Source: an uncultured Verrucomicrobiota bacterium
GTDB taxonomy: Bacteria; Verrucomicrobiota; Verrucomicrobiia; Chthoniobacterales; JACTMZ01
Length of the DNA: 64,000 bases
Assembly: GCA_903953565.1 (NCBI GenBank)
Contig: CAJBKE010000055.1
Location: 65,957 to 129,956 of the forward strand
Direction: 5' to 3'
Shown one piece after another: positions 1 through 9,000 of this stretch. Position 1 is the stretch's first letter; each line of letters begins with the position of its first letter. The position numbers and the translations under genes are program-made. Below the pieces are notes generated by a model, which did no database searches, was not told the DNA's origin, and saw only the letters and a list, made by a program, of their open reading frames with translations.

Positions 1-946
1 GCGCGAAGTTGTCGGCGTCCGCCGCATCGGCCGCATCGCCCATCAGGCGCCGCAGCTCGCGTTGCTGTTTTTCGTTGAGCCCGGTGACGTCGTCTTCCCC
101 GAGCGGGGCGAGCCCGGCCTCATTGCTCGCCGTGGTGCAAACAATGGCCGGCACATCGGCCGCGCGAACATCGTCGAGCATGGCGCCGAGGTTGGACGCC
201 AAGTTGCGGGCCGCCGCTTCGCGCAAAGGCGAATCGGCAGGGATGACGGTTTGGCCGATCATTTCCTCCATGAGGCTCTTGTTCTCGTCAGCCCCTTCGT
301 AGAGCCAGCTGTCCATCAACTGCACCAACGCGAGTCCGCGCGCGGCGCGCATCCATCGTAGCGCCCAGAGCGGAAGTGACCCTGCGGCATTGATCGAAGC
401 CGTGCCGTAGGCGCCGAAGAATTCGTTGTTGCCGGTGTAGAAAACAAAAAGGTCCGGCGCGAACTTCAGTGCGTCGTGGACCTGATAAACGAGCGGAAAG
501 CTGGCCACTGCCGTCGTGCCGAGATTGATCACCTCCACTTTCTTCTCCGGCCACGCATCGGAGAGCATCGCTTGCAGGAAGGATGACATGGCCAAATTGC
601 GCGGCTGGGGATAGCCCTTCGCCGCGGATTCGCCGACGAGGAAAACACGCACCGTGTCCTTCGGTTTGGGCATGACGAAATTCGTCTGCTCCGCATACCC
701 GGGGCGCGTGGGATTGGCATAAAAATACGGCTTCGAAGCGCCCGGCTCGACAAGGCAAAGAGTTTCACCGGAAGGCAGTTTGCCCGCTTCGCGGATCCAC
801 GCCGGATAGCCGCCCCAACCGAACGCGCGCAGGGCCAGTTCCACCGCAACAAGCAGGAGGAGCGGCAGGGCAATCGTGATGACGATAAACAATCCGCGTT
901 TGGCCGCAGAGGGAGAGGAAGGACCGGATGGATTTCGCTTCGCCAT
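1..946 (-). CDS. SGNH/GDSL-like hydrolase family protein, N-terminal ~315 aa (gene runs off window start)
   Basis: Absent from the ORF track because it has no stop in the window. Hand translation of the reverse strand from ATG 946-944 gives MAKRNPSGPSSPSAAKRGLFIVITIALPLLLLVAVELALRAFGW (one TM helix), then VRVFLVGESAAKGYP and LFVFYTGNNEFFGAYG blocks typical of SGNH-type folds. No stop codon down to position 2. Confidence 0.55.
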   Translation of the reverse strand, partial: MAKRNPSGPSSPSAAKRGLFIVITIALPLLLLVAVELALRAFGWGGYPAWIREAGKLPSGETLCLVEPGASKPYFYANPTRPGYAEQTNFVMPKPKDTVRVFLVGESAAKGYPQPRNLAMSSFLQAMLSDAWPEKKVEVINLGTTAVASFPLVYQVHDALKFAPDLFVFYTGNNEFFGAYGTASINAAGSLPLWALRWMRAARGLALVQLMDSWLYEGADENKSLMEEMIGQTVIPADSPLREAAARNLASNLGAMLDDVRAADVPAIVCTTASNEAGLAPLGEDDVTGLNEKQQRELRRLMGDAADAADADNFA

Positions 947-1025
947 GAAGGATGCGAAGTTATGCCAATTTCGCACGGCGTCCAATGATGCGTTCTGCCT
1001 GCGGCGCCGCGAAAGGCCGAAAGTC

Positions 1026-1064
1026 AAAAACCCCGATCCGGGAAGAATCCGGACCGGGGTTTTT
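1026..1064 (-). terminator. Rho-independent terminator downstream of the PEP-CTERM gene
   Basis: AAAAACCCCGATCCGG / CCGGACCGGGGTTTTT inverted repeat (one mismatch) around a short loop. It is flanked by an A-run and a T-run (bidirectional shape) and lies about 20 nt past the stop at 1085. Confidence 0.55.
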
Positions 1065-1084
1065 GTATACGGCTCGGGGGAAAT

Positions 1085-1816
1085 TTATCTGCGAGCGCGG
1101 CGACGGGCGGCGTAACCGGCCAAACCCAAGGCGCTTATCGCAAGGAGAGCGTAGGTTGAGGGCTCGGGGACAACACTGATGCCCGTGCCGGGAGGATTTT
1201 GCGATGACGTGTAGGGACCTGCCCAAGAGGTGATAGCAACGTCCGGATTCGAGAGAGCATCGACCGCGGAATCGCTGGCTCCGCCGCCAGACGAATAAAC
1301 ATCAAAATACCAATCTCCGCTGGGAGCGCCGATGCTCGCGAAGAGTAATGTGAGAGAAATCTGGCTTGTGGCACCCGCGGTAAGGCTGATGGTGGGCGCG
1401 CTTCCAGTTTGTTCGATCCAGCTGGTGCCGTTGTAGCTCCAAAGTTGCGCGCCACCGCCGCCATTGACCCATGATCCGATCCAATAGTTCATGCCGCCAA
1501 TCGGGGAGTTCAAATTGATCGGACGATTCCACGCGTTGCCGGTGGTTGTTCCTGTTCCGCCCGTCGCGATACCTACCATGAAGTTACCCCAGTCTACCCC
1601 ACCGGTATTGGTGCTGATGTTGCCGTTCACCGTAATGTTGAAACGAATGTCGGTGGGCGTCGGGTTGGAAACCTCGGTGCTCAGGATGTCGAGTGTTCCG
1701 CCACCTGTGCTGATTGAGGGGTCAATGTCGCCACTGGCGTCATTGAAAGTTTGAGCCTTTAACGCGCCCCCCGCGAGCACTGCGGCGGCGAGAGAGGAGA
1801 AGAGGATGTTTTTCAT
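1085..1816 (-). CDS. PEP-CTERM sorting-domain secreted protein
   Basis: Track ORF 1085..1942. Start moved to the internal ATG giving signal peptide MKNILFSSLAAAVLAGGALKAQ. The C-terminus VPEPSTYALLAISALGLAGYAARRRARR has the PEP motif, a TM helix and an Arg cluster. Confidence 0.85.
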   Translation of the reverse strand: MKNILFSSLAAAVLAGGALKAQTFNDASGDIDPSISTGGGTLDILSTEVSNPTPTDIRFNITVNGNISTNTGGVDWGNFMVGIATGGTGTTTGNAWNRPINLNSPIGGMNYWIGSWVNGGGGAQLWSYNGTSWIEQTGSAPTISLTAGATSQISLTLLFASIGAPSGDWYFDVYSSGGGASDSAVDALSNPDVAITSWAGPYTSSQNPPGTGISVVPEPSTYALLAISALGLAGYAARRRARR

Positions 1817-1959
1817 TGTTTGGGGAGTTGGAGGAGAGATGTTGGAGAGATACCCAAAATCTAAAACCCCCGATAGCTTCGTCAACAGATTTTTTTGCGG
1901 GGATTTTGGGAAGCTTTTCTGGGTAAACAACCCACTCGGCATCAGGGCTTTGAATAGGC

Positions 1960-2667
1960 CTACCCATCAGGGTGGGCAGCGCGTTTCTTCCGGCGCAGGC
2001 GGAACCAGTTGTTCCAAGTCTTCCGGATAGTCTGGCGGGTGGACAAATACTGCTGCTCCAGCTCGGTCCCGCGACGCAGGGCCTCAAGCACGCCGCGCAC
2101 GCTGAAATCATCCGTCTCGACAATGGTGCAAGCCACCCCGACCGCCCCCGCATGGTGCGCATCGCTTCCCGCGGTCATGGGCAGTCCGCGTTTCTGCGCG
2201 TAGTCGTAGGCTTTACGGTTATGGCGCTTCAAGGTCGTCGCCGCGTTGAAGACCTCGAGCCCGTCGAGCGGCAAGGCGTCGAGCACGGACTCGCGGATGC
2301 CCGCGCGGAACAAATCATAGGGATGCGGCGCCACGGCCAAGCCGCCCGCCTCCTGCGCCAAACGGCACACCTCGGCGGACGGCATGCCTTTGAGCGAGGA
2401 CGGAAGGACGCAGCCGAGGCAAAGCAAATGACCGTCGGCCGTGGTGACCTCGATACCGGGAATGACGAGCATGCCATCGACCGGCTGCCCGTCGGCGCGC
2501 ATGAGTCCGTGCGAAATCATGTAATCGACCGCATCGCATGTGTTGTGGTCGGTGATGGCAAAGCCGTTGAGCCCGGCCGCGCGCGCCGCCGCGATCAAGT
2601 CCTCCGGACGGCTCACGCCATCGGCGGAGAAAAGCGAATGAACATGGAGGTCGATGCGGAGGGTCAT
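1960..2667 (-). CDS. PHP-domain metal-dependent phosphoesterase
   Basis: [17 protein letters not shown] (HxH), AITDHN and TAGSDAHH blocks characteristic of the PHP family. Confidence 0.8.
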   Translation of the reverse strand: MTLRIDLHVHSLFSADGVSRPEDLIAAARAAGLNGFAITDHNTCDAVDYMISHGLMRADGQPVDGMLVIPGIEVTTADGHLLCLGCVLPSSLKGMPSAEVCRLAQEAGGLAVAPHPYDLFRAGIRESVLDALPLDGLEVFNAATTLKRHNRKAYDYAQKRGLPMTAGSDAHHAGAVGVACTIVETDDFSVRGVLEALRRGTELEQQYLSTRQTIRKTWNNWFRLRRKKRAAHPDG

Positions 2668-2687
2668 GGCGGCGACTGAAGTAGCAG

Positions 2688-2722
2688 AGTTTCCAGTTTT
2701 CGGTTTTCAGTGTCCAGTGGAT
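2688..2722. repeat. Heptad-periodic simple repeat (AGTTTYC-like x5)
   Basis: agtttcc agttttc ggttttc agtgtcc agtggat in the divergent PHP/ppgK spacer. It is the reverse complement of the CTGAAAC-type heptads seen at 26391, 42431 and 43770. Confidence 0.5.
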
Positions 2723-2829
2723 CTGGCGGAAGGAAAAAGGCTAAGGCTGGGACTTGAAGCCTGAATGAAATCAGGGCGGCGCGGTTCCGTTCTTGCCCGC
2801 GCCGCGTAGCTGCGTTGCAATCGGAAGGC

Positions 2830-3585
2830 ATGCAAATCCTCGGGATCGACATCGGTGGTTCGGGCATCAAAGGCGCCCCGGTCAACATCGCAGACGGTGT
2901 GCTGGCCGCCGAACGCCAACGTATCCCCACCCCCACCCCATCCTCGCCGGATGCCGTGGCCGGGGTGATCAAACAGATTGCGGATAATTTCCCCGGCACC
3001 AACGGCCCGATCGGCATCACCTTTCCCGGCGTGGCCAAAAACGGCCGCATCCTCACCGCCGCGAACGTCGATCCGGCTTGGGTCAATTTCGATGCCGCCA
3101 CATTCTTCTCGGCCAAACTTGGACGCCCGGCCGTTGTGATCAATGACGCCGACGCTGCGGGCATCGCGGAAATGCGCTTCGGCGCCGGACGCGGCATCGC
3201 CGGCACCGTTGTGCTCATCACCCTCGGCACCGGCATCGGCAGCGCGGTGTTTCTCGACGGAAAACTCATGCCCAACACCGAGTTCGGACACATGGAAGTG
3301 CGCGGCAAGGATGCCGAAACACGTGCCGCGGAACGGGTGCGCGAGGAGAAAGATCTGGGCTGGGAGGAATGGGGTGCGCGCGTCGGCGAAGTCGTCGCCC
3401 GCCTCGCTTTCCTGCTCAATCCCGATCTCGTCATCATCGGCGGCGGGGTGAGCCGCAAAGCGGACAAATTCCTGCCCGTCGTGCAAAGCATGGTCAAACT
3501 GCCCGTGGTGCCGGCGCAATTGCAAAACCAAGCCGGCGTTGTCGGAGCAGCCCTTGTCGCGGCGGAATACGCCGTGCCCGCGTGA
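2830..3585 (+). CDS. ppgK: Polyphosphate glucokinase / ROK-family sugar kinase
   Basis: [19 protein letters not shown]-binding motif, plus [11 protein letters not shown] and [13 protein letters not shown] blocks. Start placed at ATG 2830 (the track start 2815 is a TTG). Confidence 0.8.
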   Translation: MQILGIDIGGSGIKGAPVNIADGVLAAERQRIPTPTPSSPDAVAGVIKQIADNFPGTNGPIGITFPGVAKNGRILTAANVDPAWVNFDAATFFSAKLGRPAVVINDADAAGIAEMRFGAGRGIAGTVVLITLGTGIGSAVFLDGKLMPNTEFGHMEVRGKDAETRAAERVREEKDLGWEEWGARVGEVVARLAFLLNPDLVIIGGGVSRKADKFLPVVQSMVKLPVVPAQLQNQAGVVGAALVAAEYAVPA

Positions 3586-4670
3586 AAAGCTCCGCATTCA
3601 TCGAAGTGCCGGTGCGCATCCCCGGCAGCGAATGCCGCGTGCTTGTCGGACGCGGACTGATCCAGCTCACCGGCGAACTCGTCCGCGAAACCGGTCTGCG
3701 CGGAGCCTGCGCCATCATCACCGACGATAATGTCGCGCGGCATCACAACGCAGCCGTGCAGCGATCGCTCGAAGCCGCCGGATACCGCGTCCATGTGTTC
3801 ATCGTGCCGGCCGGCGAGAAATCAAAAGCGATGTCGGTCGCGGAGGACTTGTGCGACCGCATGATCGCGGCCGGACTCGATCGTTCATCCTTTGTTGTCG
3901 CCCTCGGCGGCGGCGTGGTTGGCGATCTCGCCGGATTTGTCGCGGCCATTTACCAGCGCGGCATCCCGTTCGTGCAAATCCCGACCACGATTGTGGCGCA
4001 GGTCGATAGCTCGGTCGGCGGCAAGACCGGCGTGAATGCCCGCGCCGGCAAAAATCTCATCGGCAGCTTCCACCAGCCGCGCCTCGTGCTGGCCGACACC
4101 GACACACTCCGCACCCTGCCCGACCGTGAATACCGCGAAGGCTTCGCCGAGGTGATCAAACACGCCGCCATCCGCGATGCCGCCATGCTTGATGAACTCG
4201 ACCCAGATGCCCCGCGCGAGACCCTCGGTCCGCTCATCGCCCGCAACATCGCGATCAAAGCCGCCATCGTGGCGGAGGACGAACGCGAACAAACCGGCAC
4301 ACGCGCCCTGCTCAATTTCGGACACACCGTGGCGCACGCCATCGAGAATGCCGCCGGTTACGGACGCTTCCTGCACGGCGAAGCGGTGAGCATCGGCTTG
4401 GCCGCCGCGCTGCAAATTTCGCAGAACAAATCCGGACTCTCCGCCGCGGAAGCGCAACGCGTGCGCGATAAACTCGCCGCCTTCGGCCTGCCGCTTGCCC
4501 TCACCCCCGATCTCGACACGGAAACACTCCTCGCCGCCGCCCGCCGCGACAAAAAATTCGCCGAAGGCCAAATCCGCTATGTTCTCTCGCCGAAACTCGG
4601 CGAGGCTTTCGTCGCCGAGGATGTCACCGAGCAGGATCTCCGCACCGCGATCGAGTCGCTGCGGACGTAG
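3582..4670 (+). CDS. aroB: 3-dehydroquinate synthase
   Basis: [37 protein letters not shown] and [11 protein letters not shown] motifs. The track start 3369 lies inside ppgK. GTG 3582 overlaps the ppgK stop (GTGA). Confidence 0.9.
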   Translation: MKSSAFIEVPVRIPGSECRVLVGRGLIQLTGELVRETGLRGACAIITDDNVARHHNAAVQRSLEAAGYRVHVFIVPAGEKSKAMSVAEDLCDRMIAAGLDRSSFVVALGGGVVGDLAGFVAAIYQRGIPFVQIPTTIVAQVDSSVGGKTGVNARAGKNLIGSFHQPRLVLADTDTLRTLPDREYREGFAEVIKHAAIRDAAMLDELDPDAPRETLGPLIARNIAIKAAIVAEDEREQTGTRALLNFGHTVAHAIENAAGYGRFLHGEAVSIGLAAALQISQNKSGLSAAEAQRVRDKLAAFGLPLALTPDLDTETLLAAARRDKKFAEGQIRYVLSPKLGEAFVAEDVTEQDLRTAIESLRT

Positions 4671-4792
4671 TTGAAGGGGAACTCTTCTCGCAAGCATGAG
4701 CGATCAATATTCTCCGGTAGGACGCGGCGTCCCCGACGCGCCGACAACATTTCCCGCGCGCACGCGGCGGGTCCGGAGGCCCCGCCACACCC

Positions 4793-5935
4793 ATGAGGGT
4801 TGAGGCCTCACCACTCGCCACCCGCCACCCGTCACCCGCCACGGGTGCGAAGCACCTCTATATCCACATCCCCTTCTGCCTGCAGATCTGTCCCTACTGC
4901 AGCTTCTACAAAGACATCGCCGGACCGGGCAAAGCCGATCCGCTGGTCGAGGCCATCATTCGCGAGGCGGAACTTTTCGGAAACCGTTGCGCGCCGCACA
5001 CCGTGTTCATCGGGGGAGGAACACCCACCGCACTCTCCGTCACGCAACTTGAACGGCTCTTCGCCGGGTTGCAGCGGCACTTGGATTTCACCGACACGGA
5101 CGAATTCACCATCGAAATGAATCCGGCCACCGTGACAGCACGCAAAGCGGAGTTGCTGCGCGGCTTCGGCGTGAACCGGGTCAGCATGGGCGTGCAATCA
5201 TGGGATCCGCACCTGCTCAAGTTGCTCGGACGCGTCCACGACGCCGACCAAGTGCGCCGCTCTTTTGCCATCCTGCGCGAAGCAGGTTTTGACAATCTCA
5301 ACCTCGACCTGATCTACGGCGTTCCCGGACAAAGTTTGGCGCAATGGGAGGACAGCATCCGACAAACCGTTGGACTCGGGCCCGAACACATTTCGGCGTA
5401 TTGCCTTACCTACGAGGAAGACACCGAATACTTCGAGCGCATGACCCGTGGCGAATTCCGCGAGGACGTGGAAAGCGATGCCGGGTTCTTCGAGCGCGGG
5501 GTGGAAATGCTTTCGGCCGCGGGCTACGGGCAATACGAAATATCCAACCACGCACGCCCGGGTCGCGAGTGCCGGCACAACCTCGCGTATTGGGAAGGCG
5601 CGGATTACCTCGGACTCGGCCCCAGCGCGTGGTCAACGATCGGCGAGCGCCGCTGGCAGAACGCACCCGACACCGCCGCCTATGTGCAAGCCGTGCAAGC
5701 CGGCGTGCGTCCGCTTCGCAATGAAGAAATCCTCCCCGCCGCCACGCGCGAAGCGGAAAAAATCGCCTTCGGACTGCGCATGAACGCCGGCATCGATCCA
5801 GCCCGCCTCGCGGAACGGCATGAACTGATCAGCGGCCTGCGCGAGGAAGGTTTGCTCGAAGACCATGGCCCCCGCGTCCGCCTGACCCCCCGCGGCCGCC
5901 TCCTCGCCGACGAAATCGCCGCCGAGTTGATCTGA
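4793..5935 (+). CDS. hemW: Radical SAM heme chaperone HemW (HemN-like, oxygen-independent coproporphyrinogen oxidase family)
   Basis: HLYIHIPFCLQICPYCSFY carries the CxxxCxxC radical-SAM cluster motif. VFIGGGTP and the HemN C-terminal domain are present. The N-terminal 20 aa are encoded by a heptad repeat. Confidence 0.85.
   Translation: MRVEASPLATRHPSPATGAKHLYIHIPFCLQICPYCSFYKDIAGPGKADPLVEAIIREAELFGNRCAPHTVFIGGGTPTALSVTQLERLFAGLQRHLDFTDTDEFTIEMNPATVTARKAELLRGFGVNRVSMGVQSWDPHLLKLLGRVHDADQVRRSFAILREAGFDNLNLDLIYGVPGQSLAQWEDSIRQTVGLGPEHISAYCLTYEEDTEYFERMTRGEFREDVESDAGFFERGVEMLSAAGYGQYEISNHARPGRECRHNLAYWEGADYLGLGPSAWSTIGERRWQNAPDTAAYVQAVQAGVRPLRNEEILPAATREAEKIAFGLRMNAGIDPARLAERHELISGLREEGLLEDHGPRVRLTPRGRLLADEIAAELI
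4812..4846. repeat. (CACCCGY)5 heptad tandem repeat inside the hemW 5' end
   Basis: cactcgc cacccgc cacccgt cacccgc cacgggt, translated as LATRHPSPATG. Confidence 0.7.
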
Positions 5936-6029
5936 TTTCGCCAAACGACAAGCAGGATATCAGGAAACGATTCCTGCTTTGTTAGCTGCTGCTGGTGACG
6001 GCCTTTTTGTTGAGTATATTTGGCCGATC

Positions 6030-9000
6030 GTGTTCCGCTCCGCACGCCACATAGCCCTGATCTGTGTTTTCGCCGTCAACTTTTTTTGGGGCGGCCTAGC
6101 GCACGCCCAGATCACCGAGACCACTGGAATGGTGCGGGTGGAAGCAGAGTCTTCGACCGACAGAACTGCGCGCACGATCGGTAGCGTCAGCTACGCATGG
6201 ACCGATGACGCGGCAACGCCGGGTTTCTCGGGAACGGGATACATCGAGGCTTATCCCGCCGACGATGCGACAGCCACCACGGTTGCCACGGCTTGGGAAA
6301 CGGCTAGCCCGCAGATCAACTACAGCATCACGTTCAGCAATCCCGGCACCTACTACGTCTGGGTGCGCGGGTTTGCCGGCGACGCAAGCAGCGCGGGCGT
6401 TTACCTCGGACTCAACGGCACGAGTCTTGCCAATCCGCGCATCGACATGCAGCAGTTCAATGCCTGGACTTGGTCAAACACAGCTGCGGGGTCCGGCACA
6501 CCGGTCACGTTCAACATTCCTTCCGCCGGAACCTACACGCTGAACCTCTGGATGCGCGACGCATGGTTGGACATCGACCGCATCCTACTCACGCGGAACC
6601 CGAACTTCTCGCCCGCACCCGATCCAAACTTTTGGCGGAATCAGAACATTTACCAGATCATCACGGACCGGTTTTTCGACGGGGATCCTTCAAACAACAA
6701 TTTCTACGGAGGCGCGTCGCCCTCCACCGGCAACAGGACCCACGGTGGCGATTGGGTCGGGGTCGAAAGGAAACTCGACTACATCAAAGCGCTCGGTGCC
6801 ACGGCGATCTGGCTCTCGCCGGTGCTGAAAAATGGCAACGGCGACTTCGATTACCACGGCTACGCGGCGACCGATTTTTACAATGTCGACCCGCGTTTCG
6901 GCAACTTGCAGGACCTGCAGCGTCTCGTCCGCGAGGCGCAGAAGCGCGGCTTGCTCGTCATCAACGACGTCGTGGTGAACCACGGCAGTTCGTGGGTCGA
7001 TAGCGGCGATGCCGGGTATGCCAACTTTGTCTATCCGCCGGGCGGCTACAACCTGCGCTATAATTCCGGCGGCCGGCAATACGCGGTGCCCTTCGATCCG
7101 GCCTCGATTTCCTCCGTTTACGGAAACTCGAACCTCAACAACATCTTCCACAACAACGGCACCACGCAGAACTGGTCGGATGCCACGCAGGTGGAGTTGG
7201 GCGAACTGCTCTCGCTCGACGACTTCAAAACGGAAACGCCATACGTCCGCCAGAAGATGAAAGAAATCTGGACCCACTGGATTGATTCAGTGGGCTTTGA
7301 TGCCTACCGACTCGACACGGTGAAGCATGTGGAGATGGGGTTCTGGAACGAGTGGTCGCCGGCCATCCGCGCGGCGGCGCAAGCGGCGGACAAACCGAAC
7401 TTCTTCCAATTCGGCGAAATTTTCGACGGTTCGGACGCCAAAGTCGGGTCATACACGGGCACGAAGAGCGGCGGGAGTTACAAGATGGAGAGCGTCTTGG
7501 ACTACCCGCTCTATTACCAGATCGGCAGCGTGTTCGGCAGTGGCACGGGCAACACGGGCCAGATCGAAGGGCGTTACAACAACCTGACCACGGCGAACTA
7601 CGATGCCTCGGCCCTCGACTCGCTGGTCCTCAATATCGACAACCATGACAATTCGCGCTTCCTAGCAACGACCGGCAGCAGCACGGCGCGCCTCGAGGGC
7701 GCGCTGGCCTTCATGTACACCTCGCGCGGTATTCCCAGCCTTTATTACGGCACCGAGCAGGATTTCAACGGCGGCGCCGATCCCGCGAACCGAGAGGACA
7801 TGTTCGACGGTGCTTACGAGCAGGGCCCGTCGCTCGGGGACAACTTCAACATGACCAGCGCACGGTTCAAGCTGGTGGCCAAGTTGAACAACCTGCGCCG
7901 CCTTTATCCGGCGCTGCGCACAGGCTCGCATAATAATCTGTGGGCTAATTTCGGCGGTCCGGGTCTCCTCGCCTACGCCCGCCGGCTCAATGGCGAAGAG
8001 GCTTACGTGGTGCTGAACACGGCCACAACGGCACAGACCATCGGCGCTCGTCCAACCATCCATCCCGCAGGCACGGTGCTGGTCGATGTCTTGAATCCCG
8101 CCAACACGCTGACCGTGGCGGCTGAGGTTGATGGAATTCCTTCCTTCAGCATGCCAGCGCTGTCCTGCCGCATTTACGTCGCGCAATCACAGCTCCGGGC
8201 TCTCTCGCCGGTGGTCAACAGCATCACGCCCACGCACGATGCCACAGGCATCTCTCCCGCCTCATCCATCACGGTGACCTTCAGTCAGGCGATGAACGCA
8301 GCCAGCGTGCAGGCCGCTTTCTCCACGACGCCCGCTTCGACCGGGAATTTTGTCTGGTCCTCGGGCAACACGGTGGTGACCTACACCCCGTCGTCCAATC
8401 TCGCCGGCAGCACCATCTATACGGTGCGCATCGGCGACGCCGCGACGGATTCCACCGGAGTGGCCATGCATGGCGCCTTCGAATCGCGCTTCACCACCGG
8501 AGTGGCATCGAGCACCGCGCGCCCCTCCATCAACTCGTTTTCCTCCTCCGGGGTGACCGACGCCACGGCCTCGTTGGCCGCGGCCGTCACGCCGAATGGC
8601 GCCGCCACCACCGCCTTTTTCGAATACGGACTGACCACCGGCTATGGAACGACCGTTTCCGGCCAGGCCATCGGCAGCGGCAATTCGCCGATCAATGTGA
8701 GCGCCAACCTGAGCGGACTCGCCCCGGGAACAACCTACCACTACCGCGTCTACGCCACGAATTCCGTCGGCACCACATTCGGCGCAGACGCGACATTCGA
8801 CACTTCGGCGCCATTGCCGCAGGTCACGACCACAGCGGCTTCCTTTGTCACGACATCGACAACCAGCCTCAATGGCACGGTGAATCCGAACGGTCTGCCG
8901 ACGTCGGTCTACTTCCGGTGGGGCACGCGCAGTGACGATCTGAGCAATCAGACGGCCGGGCAAAACGTCGGGAGCGGATCCGTCAACATTGCGTTCTGGG

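Noticed and set aside
1085-1816. PEP-CTERM protein as a fourth carrier of the shared uncharacterised domain.
   Set aside because: It shows only a vague compositional resemblance (Gly/Thr/Asn-rich beta-type sequence). The conserved blocks seen in the other three proteins could not be aligned.
3369-3581. Upstream extension of the aroB ORF, and likewise the 5' extensions of track ORFs at 16668-16832, 35931-36071, 43180-43371, 45266-45457, 51806-51892, 54048-54110, 54928-55101 and 58542-58601.
   Set aside because: The extensions overlap the preceding gene or repeats and are Arg/Pro-rich. Internal starts give signal peptides, family-typical N-termini or 4-nt start/stop overlaps.
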